Translations under genes and position numbers: made by a program
The notes under the pieces: generated by a model
Told to the model about the DNA's origin: nothing
The model's input: the letters and a program-made list of their open reading frames with translations, nothing else
Database searches by the model: none
Part shown: piece by piece, positions 37,610 through 47,450 of the stretch
Numbering within the stretch: the stretch's first letter is position 1
How the letters are laid out: each line of letters begins with the position of its first letter
Source of the DNA: an uncultured SAR86 cluster bacterium
Lineage (GTDB): Bacteria > Pseudomonadota > Gammaproteobacteria > Magnimaribacterales > AG-339-G14
DNA length: 64,000 nt
Direction of reading: 5' to 3'
NCBI GenBank assembly: GCA_902523885.1
Contig: CABZAV010000004.1
Coordinates: 52,761-116,760, forward strand

Positions 37610-40207
37610 ATGAATAAACTTAAAAGCCTAATAGCGATTTCTTCATTATTTTTTGCGTCATTAATATTTTCACAAGCTGTTTATGAAGATTTAGTTGTAA
37701 CAGCTACGAAAAAAGAATCTTCTTTAATGGACACTCCAGCAGCCATTGCAGCAATTGCGGGAGATGATCTTAACAACAGAGGAATCACTGATATTTCAGG
37801 ATTAAATCAATTATCTCCAGAACTAGTTATAGCTGGAGAAGGGCATTCAAGAACTAATGTAAGAATCAGAGGAATAGGAACTTATGGTTTTACATCTGCA
37901 GCTGATCCATCTTCTGTAATTGTTATAGATGGAATTGCTCAACCTAGAGTTTCAAGTGCGAAACATGCGTTTAGAGATCTTGAAAGGCTTGAAGTGCTTA
38001 AAGGTCCTCAAGGAGCCCTATATGGAACTAATGCATTGGGTGGAATCATTAATATTGTAACTAAAAAACCAATGGGCGGTGAATCAGGTTCATATTCTAT
38101 TGCTTATGGTGATAACGGCGATTCAGATATTTCCCTTAATTTAGAAACAGATCTAACAGACAAAACTTCTGTGAGATTTTCTTTAGCAAGAGGATATGAT
38201 GACGGTCTAGCTTTTGAAGAAACTACCGGACAAGACGATGGTGTGGAATATACTTTTGGAAGAATTTCACTTTTCGGGACTTACGACAATGGCGTAGAGT
38301 GGCAATCAGCTTTTAGTCATTCGAAAGACAATCAAGACGCTGCTATTTCTGAACAAGATTTTTTGTGTAACTCTACCAATCCAGCCTCTCACTTATTAAT
38401 TGTTGCGGCAGTACAGCCTGCAGGTTCAGTATTTTGTAAAGCGCTTGAAACAGGTGTAACTCCAGCTGACAGAATTAAAAGAGGTGACTTTGATGAAAAT
38501 AACGATGTAGTTAAAGCATCTTTAGCTAGAAAAGATTCTCAACCAATGAATATACCTGGTTATAATTTTTCAGAATTAATCAATGCTAGCTATAGTGCAA
38601 AAATGGACTTAGACAATAATAGAACTTTCAGAGCATTGTTTGGCTATAACAAAGTTAACTCGGGAGAGCTTAGAGATTTTGATGCGACTACTGTAAATGC
38701 TTTGAATCAAGGCCATCATGCCTCATCAGATACTTACAGCATAGAACTTAGGTTGGATTCAGATCCTACAATTAGAACGCCTTGGTCTATAGGTCTTTAT
38801 GGAATGCAAGATTATGGTTACAGAGAAGATCACTTTACCTCGTTTGGTTTTGGAGTTCCTAACTTTCTAGCTTTTGGTGCTGGTGCATTTGCATATATCC
38901 AAGACAACAACCCAACAAGAACAATAGTTAATGGAGCGCCTTTTTATACTTCTGATGCTGCTTCTGGGAATGTGACGATGCCAACTGCCGCAACTCCAAC
39001 AAATGCAGCCCTTATTGCAACGTGGTTAACTAACTGTGTTTCAAGCGGAACTTGTCAAGCTTACGCTAGACCAGCAGCAGATGACTCGCAGGGAAATCCC
39101 ACTACTGCTACACAAAGACATTTATTTGAAAATAATGCTGAAAGACAGTTTATCGATGCTAATGATCTTGCAAATGTAACTCAATTTGCAACTCCAGGAG
39201 TGAATGAAGCATTAGTAAGATCAAAAACTCAGGCTACAGCGATTAATGGAAACATAACCATTCCTCTAGCTGATAATATGAGTTTATTGCTTGCAGGAAG
39301 ATATTCTGTTCATGAGAAACCTTATTATTATGGAGGAAAAACTAACAAAGATGGACAGCCTCTATTAGTACAGTTTGATTTCTTAACAAAGAATAAAACA
39401 CAAGAAAAAGAATTTGATCCAAAAATTACTTTGGAAATGACTAATGGCGATGCTCTTTCCTGGCTAACTTATGCGACGGGATATAAAGCAGGAGGTATTG
39501 GCTTTGCTAAATGGTCTAAAGAAGATGCTAATAAACCTTACGCAGCCGAAAAACTAGCGATGATTGAAGCTGGTTATAAAACTACTTTAAACAATGGTAG
39601 TGCTCAATTTGAGGCGATTGTTTATAACTACGATTATGAAGACCACCAACAATTATTAGTTTGCGACACTTTAGCAGGACCAGCTGGTTGTGTAATAAAT
39701 GGTGATGCAACTCTACGAGGAATAGATCTATCCTATAGAACTTTCCTTTCTGACAATACTAGTCTAGGCGTTGCTTATGCTTTCACAGATGCAACTTGGG
39801 ATAAATTTATTGATACAGCTTGCTGTGGTGTAACTTCGGCTTATGATAGATCAGGCCAACAAATGCCATTTGTAGCTGAAAATAATCTTTTATTAAATTT
39901 AGAACATCTTCAAAATACTTCAATTGGAGACATAACTTATAACTTGAATGTTTCTCACAAAGACGAATATTCTGTCCAGTTAGACAGATGGGAAGGCGTT
40001 ACACTTGTTGAAGATTTAACTTTAGTCAACGCTAATATATCTTTAATGACTAATAACGGTATTGAAATTTCAGCTTTTTGTACCAACTGTTCTGACGAAG
40101 AGTATTTAGGTGTTTCATTAATGGGAGTCAGATCTCAAGGTGGTGGAGCAAGAACCGCTTATGCAGAAGGAAGAAGGATAGGAATGCAATTATCTTCAAA
40201 TTTTTAA
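37610..40207 (+). CDS. TonB-dependent receptor
   Basis: Strong SD (GGGGGAAGGA) and signal peptide ..LIFSQA. Plug motifs present (DLVVTATKK, RIRGIGTYG, IVIDGIAQP). Barrel of 865 aa ending ..QLSSNF. Confidence 0.93.
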   Translation: MNKLKSLIAISSLFFASLIFSQAVYEDLVVTATKKESSLMDTPAAIAAIAGDDLNNRGITDISGLNQLSPELVIAGEGHSRTNVRIRGIGTYGFTSAADPSSVIVIDGIAQPRVSSAKHAFRDLERLEVLKGPQGALYGTNALGGIINIVTKKPMGGESGSYSIAYGDNGDSDISLNLETDLTDKTSVRFSLARGYDDGLAFEETTGQDDGVEYTFGRISLFGTYDNGVEWQSAFSHSKDNQDAAISEQDFLCNSTNPASHLLIVAAVQPAGSVFCKALETGVTPADRIKRGDFDENNDVVKASLARKDSQPMNIPGYNFSELINASYSAKMDLDNNRTFRALFGYNKVNSGELRDFDATTVNALNQGHHASSDTYSIELRLDSDPTIRTPWSIGLYGMQDYGYREDHFTSFGFGVPNFLAFGAGAFAYIQDNNPTRTIVNGAPFYTSDAASGNVTMPTAATPTNAALIATWLTNCVSSGTCQAYARPAADDSQGNPTTATQRHLFENNAERQFIDANDLANVTQFATPGVNEALVRSKTQATAINGNITIPLADNMSLLLAGRYSVHEKPYYYGGKTNKDGQPLLVQFDFLTKNKTQEKEFDPKITLEMTNGDALSWLTYATGYKAGGIGFAKWSKEDANKPYAAEKLAMIEAGYKTTLNNGSAQFEAIVYNYDYEDHQQLLVCDTLAGPAGCVINGDATLRGIDLSYRTFLSDNTSLGVAYAFTDATWDKFIDTACCGVTSAYDRSGQQMPFVAENNLLLNLEHLQNTSIGDITYNLNVSHKDEYSVQLDRWEGVTLVEDLTLVNANISLMTNNGIEISAFCTNCSDEEYLGVSLMGVRSQGGGARTAYAEGRRIGMQLSSNF

Positions 40208-40221
40208 ATCTTATCTTAAAG

Positions 40222-40251
40222 AAAACGGCATCCGAAGTGATGCCGTTTTTT
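40222..40251 (+). terminator. Rho-independent terminator after the receptor gene
   Basis: AAAACGGCATC (40222-40232) pairs with GATGCCGTTTT (40239-40249) around loop CGAAGT, followed by a T tract. Confidence 0.8.
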
Positions 40252-40271
40252 ATTTAAGCTAAAATATCCCA

Positions 40272-40892
40272 ATGGAACAAAATCAAGAATTATCATCTGA
40301 AGAAAAATTAATTGATGCTGCTGTGGAACATCTTAATAAAGAAGGATTAAATAATTTCACTGCTACTGTTTTAACGAGATCGGCAAATTTAGGCTACGGA
40401 ACATTCTATAAATATTTTTCGTCAACAGAAGATGTTTTAGAAGCGGCAATAAAAAAAAATGTTACAAATTGGTCTCACATAAATTTTGAATCAAATAAGA
40501 AAGAACCAGATCGTTTGTTAGCTTTTTTAGAAGCTATTTACAAAACGATTCTTCAAATTAGTAATAATGCTTCTATGAGATGGTTATTAGAGAAACCAAA
40601 TTATTTTGTTGAAATATATTACGAGCTTACATTCGACCATGCAAAAACTGATGTAGAGTCTGCAGTAAATAATGGTCAGCTAAATAAAGAATTTCTCAAA
40701 AATTTTGATACCACTTTTAAACTAATTTTGTGGCAGATATGTGGTGGAATGTCTCTAATTGACGAAGGGTATAATTATAATGATATTGCTTTAGAATTAA
40801 TTAAATTAATAATTCCTAATAGTGTGGGAGAGGAAAACGCAAAGGAAATTTGTAGAAAATTAGAAAAAAGAAACACTCAAAAGATATTTTAA
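40272..40892 (+). CDS. TetR-family transcriptional regulator
   Basis: N-terminal HTH pattern (LIDAAVEHLNKEGLNNFTATVLTRSANLGYGTFYKYFSSTEDVL). 206 aa. Confidence 0.8.
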   Translation: MEQNQELSSEEKLIDAAVEHLNKEGLNNFTATVLTRSANLGYGTFYKYFSSTEDVLEAAIKKNVTNWSHINFESNKKEPDRLLAFLEAIYKTILQISNNASMRWLLEKPNYFVEIYYELTFDHAKTDVESAVNNGQLNKEFLKNFDTTFKLILWQICGGMSLIDEGYNYNDIALELIKLIIPNSVGEENAKEICRKLEKRNTQKIF

Positions 40893-40894
40893 TT

Positions 40895-42262
40895 ATGAAG
40901 TTAAATAGTGATTTACAACCCAAGTTAAAAATAAATAGCCCAGCATACGAGCCTGTAGATTTATTTTTAAGAGATTTCGACTTAACGGATGTTTTCTTAT
41001 TTGAAAAAGGACAACCCTTTGAACAATATAAAAAACTTAGAGAAAATTCACCAGTTCATTTTCATGAAGCAGGAATAGGAGACAGTGAACCAGGTTTTTG
41101 GGCACTCACTAATTATAAAGACATAGAGCACGTTTCAAAAAATCAAAAAGTATTTTCATCACAATTAGCAAGCGGAACTACTCTTACCTTAGGATATTCT
41201 CAAGAAGTAAGTATTGATCAATTATTTAGATCTGCTTTAGATCATATGTTGGGAACAGATGATAAGTTGCATTTGTCGATGCGTAATCCACATATGAAAT
41301 TTTTTACACCAAAATACGTTGAGGAATTAAGAAAAAAAGTTTCTCTTAAAGTCACCGAGTTATTAGATGAGATAGCTCCATTAGGAAAATGCAATTTAGT
41401 AGATTCAATTTCTTCTGAGCTCCCTATATTTTCGTTAAGTGAAATCTTAGGAGTGCCAGAGGAGGATAGGCCAAAAATAAAAGAGTGGATGACTTTTTTA
41501 GAAATGGCTCAAGTAGTTGGTGCTACTCAAGCGGCCGCAAAAAATAACATTGAACTAAATGAAGATCAACAAGCCTCAGCTCCAGATCCCGCAATGATTG
41601 CAATGTTTACAAATATAGTTAAAGAAATGTTTGATTACGGAAGAGAAATACTCTTGAAAAGAAGAAAAGATCCTAAAGATGATCTGCTATCGGTTATTGC
41701 TAATATGGAGATTGAGGGCAAGAAACTTCCTGACGAATATCTAGATGGATCTTGGTTGCTAATAATTATTGCTGGAAATGAGACAACAAGGAATTCGATA
41801 AGTGGAACAATAAAGTTGCTTACAGAGAATCCAGATCAAAAAGAAAAACTTATTAATCATATGGAGTTACTACCAAACATGACTCACGAAGCAATAAGAT
41901 TGATTTCTCCAGTAATTTATATGAGAAGAACAACAAGGGAAGAAACTCAAATTGGAAATCAAAAAATAGGACCTCACGAAAAAGTGGTAATGTATTACGG
42001 GGCAGCTAATAGAGACCCAGAAATTTTTGACAACCCCGATAGATTCGACATAGAAAGAGAAAATGCAAAAAAACACTTGGCCTTTGGATATGGAAGGCAT
42101 TTATGTTTAGGAAAACATATGGCAAATATGCAACTATCTGAAGTCTATAAGCAAATTTTAACTAGGTTTCCTGATATGCATCAGAGCGACGAATGGAAAG
42201 TGGTTCCTAATAATTTTACTCATTCTATATCTGAAATGCCCGTTTCATTTAAAGCTGAATAA
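40895..42262 (+). CDS. Cytochrome P450
   Basis: I-helix AGNETT, ExxR (EAIRL) and heme loop FGYGRHLCLGKHMA. Lies 2 nt after the TetR stop. Confidence 0.92.
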   Translation: MKLNSDLQPKLKINSPAYEPVDLFLRDFDLTDVFLFEKGQPFEQYKKLRENSPVHFHEAGIGDSEPGFWALTNYKDIEHVSKNQKVFSSQLASGTTLTLGYSQEVSIDQLFRSALDHMLGTDDKLHLSMRNPHMKFFTPKYVEELRKKVSLKVTELLDEIAPLGKCNLVDSISSELPIFSLSEILGVPEEDRPKIKEWMTFLEMAQVVGATQAAAKNNIELNEDQQASAPDPAMIAMFTNIVKEMFDYGREILLKRRKDPKDDLLSVIANMEIEGKKLPDEYLDGSWLLIIIAGNETTRNSISGTIKLLTENPDQKEKLINHMELLPNMTHEAIRLISPVIYMRRTTREETQIGNQKIGPHEKVVMYYGAANRDPEIFDNPDRFDIERENAKKHLAFGYGRHLCLGKHMANMQLSEVYKQILTRFPDMHQSDEWKVVPNNFTHSISEMPVSFKAE

Positions 42263-42264
42263 AT

Positions 42265-43356
42265 ATGCAAAATTTTACTGATCTTATCTTAAATGTCTGG
42301 AATCAGGGCTTTCTAGGAATAAGTATTTCACAAATTATAATTTCCTTAGTTATTTTGACTTTTGCTTTCGTATTAAGAGGGTTAATCGCTAATATTGTAA
42401 TCAAGCAATTAGAAGTATTGACCTCTAAGACAGACTCACAAGTAGACGATATCATTTTAGACTCTCTTAGAAAGCCTCTGGGTTTCATCCCTATTACTAT
42501 TGGACTTTATATAATTACAATTTATTTGCCGTTAGCAGGATTGCTAGACATTATCGCAACAAATATCGTTAAAGCTTTTGTTGTGTTTACAATTTTTAGT
42601 GTTCTAGCTAACTCTGTAGAACCTTTATTTAAATTTCTTGCTGGGAATTCTTGGCTAACTTCGGCTATGTCTTCATGGTTAGAAAAGTCTTTGAAAGTAC
42701 TAATTTGGATCATAGGTTTCGCAGTAATTCTGGACATATTTGGAATACAAATTGGTCCTTTAATTGCAGGATTAGGACTTTTTTCTGTTGCAATCGCATT
42801 AGGTGCCCAAGACCTTTTTAAAAACTTAATAGCAGGGATGTTAATTATTGGTGAGAATAGATTTCAGCCCGGCGATCGCATTGAAGTAGTAGGACAATTT
42901 CACGGTATAGTTGAAACGATTGGTTTTAGATCAACTACTGTGAGGTTATTCAATACATCGCCAATGATTATTCCTAATAAAGATTTATCTGATGTAAGCG
43001 TTATAAATCACAAACAACTTAAATTTAGAAGAATTAGATGGGTCATTAATCTTGTCTATGCAACTTCCTCCGAATCAATTATAAAAATATGTGATGATAT
43101 TGAACAAGTTATCAATAACGAGAAACTTGGGTTTGCAATTAATCCAGGTCAAGAATCTTTTGCGAAAGCGGTTGAGTTTGGAGCTAGCTCCATAGATTTA
43201 GAAGTTTTGTGTTACACAGATATTAATGATTACACCGGTTTTTCTGAAGTAAAACAAAAACTCTTGCTTGAGATACAACAAATAGTTCTTAAACATGGTT
43301 CTGATTTTGCTTTTCCTTCAAGGTCTGTTTATATCGAATCATCTCCAACAGAATAA
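42265..43356 (+). CDS. Mechanosensitive ion channel (MscS family)
   Basis: N-terminal TM helices, then the conserved pore/beta-domain pattern (GLFSVAIALGAQDLFKNLIAGMLII.E..F..GD.I). 363 aa. Confidence 0.88.
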   Translation: MQNFTDLILNVWNQGFLGISISQIIISLVILTFAFVLRGLIANIVIKQLEVLTSKTDSQVDDIILDSLRKPLGFIPITIGLYIITIYLPLAGLLDIIATNIVKAFVVFTIFSVLANSVEPLFKFLAGNSWLTSAMSSWLEKSLKVLIWIIGFAVILDIFGIQIGPLIAGLGLFSVAIALGAQDLFKNLIAGMLIIGENRFQPGDRIEVVGQFHGIVETIGFRSTTVRLFNTSPMIIPNKDLSDVSVINHKQLKFRRIRWVINLVYATSSESIIKICDDIEQVINNEKLGFAINPGQESFAKAVEFGASSIDLEVLCYTDINDYTGFSEVKQKLLLEIQQIVLKHGSDFAFPSRSVYIESSPTE

Positions 43357-43361
43357 ATTTA

Positions 43362-43907
43362 ATGACAAGATGGTTTTTCCTTTTCTTTCTTGCACTAACT
43401 TTAATTATTTCTTTTAGAATTGTTACCTTTTCATCTGCACCAATAAATGTAATTTCCTGCGATAGTGTCTCAATTGAATCTGAGTTATCGGGAATTTGGG
43501 ATTTAAATAGAATTGACAATTTCTCAGGAGTTAAACCTTATTTGATTAGTGCAGACTTAGAAAATTACTCTTTTTTAATAAATTCCTTTATGCCTATCCT
43601 TTTATCTAATAGCCAACTTTTAATAATAGAAATTTGCGAGGAAAAAATGTCACTTAGTTATAATTATTTCAGAGAATGGCATCAATACTTAATTCCTCTT
43701 CTTAGTAATGAAAAAATTAGATCAAATGTTGCAGACCAAAATATTACTGCCCTTTATGATCAGAATTTGTTAGAAATGAAGATAAATGCAAAAAATATAG
43801 ACTTTGAACAAGATTTATATTTAGATGGCGGGGAATTGATAAGAGAGATCGAGTTTCAAGGCTCGTCTTTTGGAAATATTAAATTTATTTATAGAAAAAA
43901 TGACTAA
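43362..43907 (+). CDS. Exported hypothetical protein (possibly lipocalin-like)
   Basis: Signal/anchor helix and a GIWDL motif. No firm family. Confidence 0.5.
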   Translation: MTRWFFLFFLALTLIISFRIVTFSSAPINVISCDSVSIESELSGIWDLNRIDNFSGVKPYLISADLENYSFLINSFMPILLSNSQLLIIEICEEKMSLSYNYFREWHQYLIPLLSNEKIRSNVADQNITALYDQNLLEMKINAKNIDFEQDLYLDGGELIREIEFQGSSFGNIKFIYRKND

Positions 43908-44760
43908 ACCAAAAGAATACATTTTGCGTGTAACTTGCCCAGATCGCTTTGGAGTAGTGGCTAAAGTTTCTACTTGCCTAAACGAATCTGAATTGTTTAT
44001 TTTGGAATCTGCTCATTTTGGTGATCCTGAAACAAATAAATTTTTTATGAGAGTAAAGGTAATATCTCCAAATAAAAATTTTAAGTTTAGTTCTTTTGAA
44101 AAAAAGTTTTCCTTAATAGCCAAGGAATTGAATATAGAGTGGACATTAATTGATGCAAATTTTAGGCCCAAAACTGCTATCTTTGTTTCTAAATATAGTC
44201 ATTGTTTGCAGGATTTACTTTATAGAGAAAGCGTAGGCTCATTACCATTAGATATTAAATGTATCATTTCAAATCATCCAGATCTTAGAAAAATTGCAAA
44301 AAGCTATGAAATTCCATACCACTTTATAAATATGCAAAAACTTTCAAAAAGTAATGCAGAGGCAAAAATAAATAAAATACTATCTAAAGAACAAGTAGAG
44401 TTGAATATCTTGGCAAGATATATGCAAATCTTATCTAAATCTTTTGTAAATAAGCATTATGGAAATATTATTAATATTCATCATTCGTTTCTTCCAAGTT
44501 TCAAAGGCGCTAAGCCATACCAGCAAGCATATACCAAAGGCGTTAAGATTTTAGGTGCAACAGCTCATTATGTGTCCTCTGATTTAGATGAAGGACCCAT
44601 CATAGAACAAACCGTAGACAGGATAAATCACAGTATGACACCTAAAGAAATGGAAGTAATTGGAAGAGATATTGAGTCTATTACTCTTGCTAAAGCTGTA
44701 AAATACCATATTGAACAGCGTATATTTTTAAATGGTAATAAAACAGTAATTTTTAATTGA
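43900..44760 (+). CDS. purU: Formyltetrahydrofolate deformylase
   Basis: Start at ATG 43900 (MTKPKEYILRVTCPDRFGVVAKVS, ACT domain). Formyltransferase core HHSFLPSFKGAKPY..A. Overlaps the upstream stop by 8 nt. Confidence 0.9.
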   Translation: MTKPKEYILRVTCPDRFGVVAKVSTCLNESELFILESAHFGDPETNKFFMRVKVISPNKNFKFSSFEKKFSLIAKELNIEWTLIDANFRPKTAIFVSKYSHCLQDLLYRESVGSLPLDIKCIISNHPDLRKIAKSYEIPYHFINMQKLSKSNAEAKINKILSKEQVELNILARYMQILSKSFVNKHYGNIINIHHSFLPSFKGAKPYQQAYTKGVKILGATAHYVSSDLDEGPIIEQTVDRINHSMTPKEMEVIGRDIESITLAKAVKYHIEQRIFLNGNKTVIFN

Positions 44761-44770
44761 GGAGAAAATA

Positions 44771-45154
44771 ATGAGTGTTAACTTTAAAGGCTATTCAACA
44801 ATAGGAACCAATAATAAGGAAGCTGCCGAGACTTTTTACGATGGATTGCTTGCACAACTTGAGCCCAAAAAACTTCTCGCAAACGATAGGATAACAATGT
44901 GGTTATCGAAAGAAGATGGATCTGTCATTTTAGCTATAGCAATCCCTTATGACGGAAATACAGCTCATCATGGTAATGGAACAATGAAAGCTATTGCGCT
45001 AGGTTCTCATGAAGAAGTAATAAGTATGTATGACAAAGCTATTGAACTAGGCGCTAAAGACGATGGCGCACCAGGTATGAGAGCAGGGCAATTTTATGGA
45101 GCTTATGTTTATGATTTAGATGGCAATAAACTATGCTTTTTTAATATGGGCTAA
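44771..45154 (+). CDS. VOC (glyoxalase/bleomycin-resistance) family protein
   Basis: 127 aa. C-terminal YGAYVYDLDGNKL is typical of VOC proteins. Confidence 0.65.
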   Translation: MSVNFKGYSTIGTNNKEAAETFYDGLLAQLEPKKLLANDRITMWLSKEDGSVILAIAIPYDGNTAHHGNGTMKAIALGSHEEVISMYDKAIELGAKDDGAPGMRAGQFYGAYVYDLDGNKLCFFNMG

Positions 45155-46314
45155 TTTAAGGCTTGATCAATATCGTCGATTAAATCTTCTACAGATTCGA
45201 TTCCAACTGAGAGTCTAATTAGACCATCAGTAATACCAATTTTCTCTCTTATTTCTGCGGGAACAGAAGCGTGAGTCATTAGAGCAGGGTGTTCTATTAG
45301 GCTTTCAACTCCACCTAGGCTTTCTGCGAGAGAGAAAATTTTAGTTTTTTCAAGAAAACTTTTAGAAACCTCTAAGCCGCCATTTAATTCAATCGAAATA
45401 ATTCCTCCAAACCCATTCATCTGTTTTTTTGCTAATTGATGTTGTGGATGCGATTCAAGACCAGGATAGATAACATTTTGAATTTTTTCATGATTAATCA
45501 ATTCATTGGCAAGAAGCAAAGCATTGTTACTGTGCCTTTCCATCCTTAAAGACAATGTCTTGAGACTTCTAAGTATCAAGTAACTATCGAAGGTACTGGT
45601 AATGGGTCCTAATGAATTCTGAATATTTGCCATTTTCTCCAGTAAACTTTTATCATCCTTACCAATTACTAATACTCCAGCGATAAGATCGGAATGGCCA
45701 CCAAGATATTTGGTTGCAGAATGAAGAACGATATCTATTCCAAAGTTCAATGGTTTCTGAATATACGTAGATGCAAAAGTATTATCACAAACGGATAGAA
45801 TTTTTTTCTCTTTAGCAAAATTTGCAATTTTATCTAGATCAGCAATTTTTAAGAGTGGATTCGTCGGTGTCTCAACAAAAATCATTTTTGTTTTGTCGGT
45901 ATAAGCTTTCTCGACATTGTCAAAATCTGTCATATCAACATAAGTAACGGTAATGCCTTGAGATTTAGTCTTTATTTCATTGAACAGCCTTACAGTTCCT
46001 CCATACAAATCATCCATTGCGATAACGTGATCCCCTGGTTCTAATAGCTCAACACAAGCAGAAATAGCAGCAACACCTGAAGAAAAGCCATATCCTTTGA
46101 TTCCATCTTCCAAACTTGCCATACATTCTTCAAATGCTTTTCTAGTTGGATTTCCCGATCTTGAATAATCGTATCCCTTATGGACTCCAGGAGATTCTTG
46201 TTTAAAGGTCGATGAGGTATAAATCGGCATCATGACAGCACCAGTCGCTGGGTCAGCTTCCTGACCAGCATGTATGGCTCTTGTCTCAAATCCTTGTTTT
46301 TTATTTTTTGTCAT
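45151..46314 (-). CDS. Cystathionine gamma-lyase/gamma-synthase family PLP enzyme
   Basis: Cys/Met-metabolism PLP family: FETRAIHAGQ and the PLP-Lys motif HSATKYLGGHSD. 387 aa. Confidence 0.88.
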   Translation of the reverse strand: MTKNKKQGFETRAIHAGQEADPATGAVMMPIYTSSTFKQESPGVHKGYDYSRSGNPTRKAFEECMASLEDGIKGYGFSSGVAAISACVELLEPGDHVIAMDDLYGGTVRLFNEIKTKSQGITVTYVDMTDFDNVEKAYTDKTKMIFVETPTNPLLKIADLDKIANFAKEKKILSVCDNTFASTYIQKPLNFGIDIVLHSATKYLGGHSDLIAGVLVIGKDDKSLLEKMANIQNSLGPITSTFDSYLILRSLKTLSLRMERHSNNALLLANELINHEKIQNVIYPGLESHPQHQLAKKQMNGFGGIISIELNGGLEVSKSFLEKTKIFSLAESLGGVESLIEHPALMTHASVPAEIREKIGITDGLIRLSVGIESVEDLIDDIDQALN

Positions 46315-46316
46315 AA

Positions 46317-47288
46317 TTAATTAATATTTTCCTTAACCCAATCTTTATTAAATGCTTTGGATAAATACTTGTTCCCAGTATCACAGATCAAAGTAACCAC
46401 TGTTTTTGGTTCTTCTTGAGCCTTACACCACTTGATAGCAGCATCAACTAAGGTGCCACAAGATGAGCCAGCCAAAATACCTTCTTTTTGAAGAAGTTGA
46501 TCAATCATATTAAATGCTTCTTTATCCGAAACATAAATACCTTCATCTATGATATCAAGATTTAAATTGGCTGGAATGTAATCTTCTCCAATTCCTTCAA
46601 CACTCCAAGAGCCTCCTTTGTATTTATATTCACCAGTATTTACTGCATCAGCTACAACTGAGCCAATAGGATCAGCAATAATAACTTTAATATTTGGATT
46701 TTTAGATTTTAAAAATCCTCCAACTCCGCTTATTGTTCCGCCAGTTCCAACTCCAGCAACAAAGGCATCGATATTGCCTTCCATTTGTTCCCAAATTTCT
46801 GGACCAGTAGTTTCAAAATGCACTTGGGGATTAGATTTATTTTCAAATTGATTTGCAAAAAAAGAATTAGGAGTAGATTTTAGTAATTTTTCTGCAATTG
46901 ATTGATAATGCTCTGGATGTCCATTTTCAACATCGGATCTGGTCATAATAATTTCTACTCCCATAGCTTCTAGATGTCTTATTTTTTCTTCACTCATTTT
47001 GTCAGGGATGACTAAAATTAATTTATATCCTTTTAGCTTTGCTGCGAGCGCGAGACCTAGACCAGTATTTCCAGCAGTAGATTCAATTATTGTGGAACCA
47101 TCTTTAATAAGACCTTGGTTCTCAGCATCTTGAATCATTTTTAAACCAACTCTATCTTTTATAGATCCAAAAGGATTTAAGCTTTCCATTTTGACGTATA
47201 AATCGCATTTACCAGTATCAATATTATTTATTTTTAAAACAGGTGTATTGCCCACCATTTCAAGAACATTGTTAAACTTCGATTTCAT
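46317..47288 (-). CDS. Cystathionine beta-synthase / cysteine synthase family PLP enzyme (no CBS-pair domains)
   Basis: PLP-Lys motif NPFGSIKDR, the GNTG loop and GTGGTISG. 323 aa. Lies immediately upstream of the gamma-lyase gene. Confidence 0.88.
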   Translation of the reverse strand: MKSKFNNVLEMVGNTPVLKINNIDTGKCDLYVKMESLNPFGSIKDRVGLKMIQDAENQGLIKDGSTIIESTAGNTGLGLALAAKLKGYKLILVIPDKMSEEKIRHLEAMGVEIIMTRSDVENGHPEHYQSIAEKLLKSTPNSFFANQFENKSNPQVHFETTGPEIWEQMEGNIDAFVAGVGTGGTISGVGGFLKSKNPNIKVIIADPIGSVVADAVNTGEYKYKGGSWSVEGIGEDYIPANLNLDIIDEGIYVSDKEAFNMIDQLLQKEGILAGSSCGTLVDAAIKWCKAQEEPKTVVTLICDTGNKYLSKAFNKDWVKENIN

Positions 47289-47416
47289 TGATCTTCAGAT
47301 GATTTATTTTTTTTACGATTATACTTTGTCTTATCAGCAAAAACTTTTGCTTTATTAAATTTCGAAGCATTTTTAGCAACAGGATTAGAAGTCTTTCTTT
47401 TTTTAATTTTTTTCAT
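47285..47416 (-). CDS. Unannotated 43-aa highly basic protein, translationally coupled (ATGA) to the CBS-like gene
   Basis: Translated by hand: MKKIKKRKTSNPVAKNASKFNKAKVFADKTKYNRKKNKSSEDQ. It fills most of a 162-nt gap. Loose resemblance to ArfA-type ribosome-rescue peptides. Confidence 0.35.
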   Translation of the reverse strand: MKKIKKRKTSNPVAKNASKFNKAKVFADKTKYNRKKNKSSEDQ

Positions 47417-47450
47417 TTGCTTTTAGATAGAATTATAGAGAGTAAGTTCT

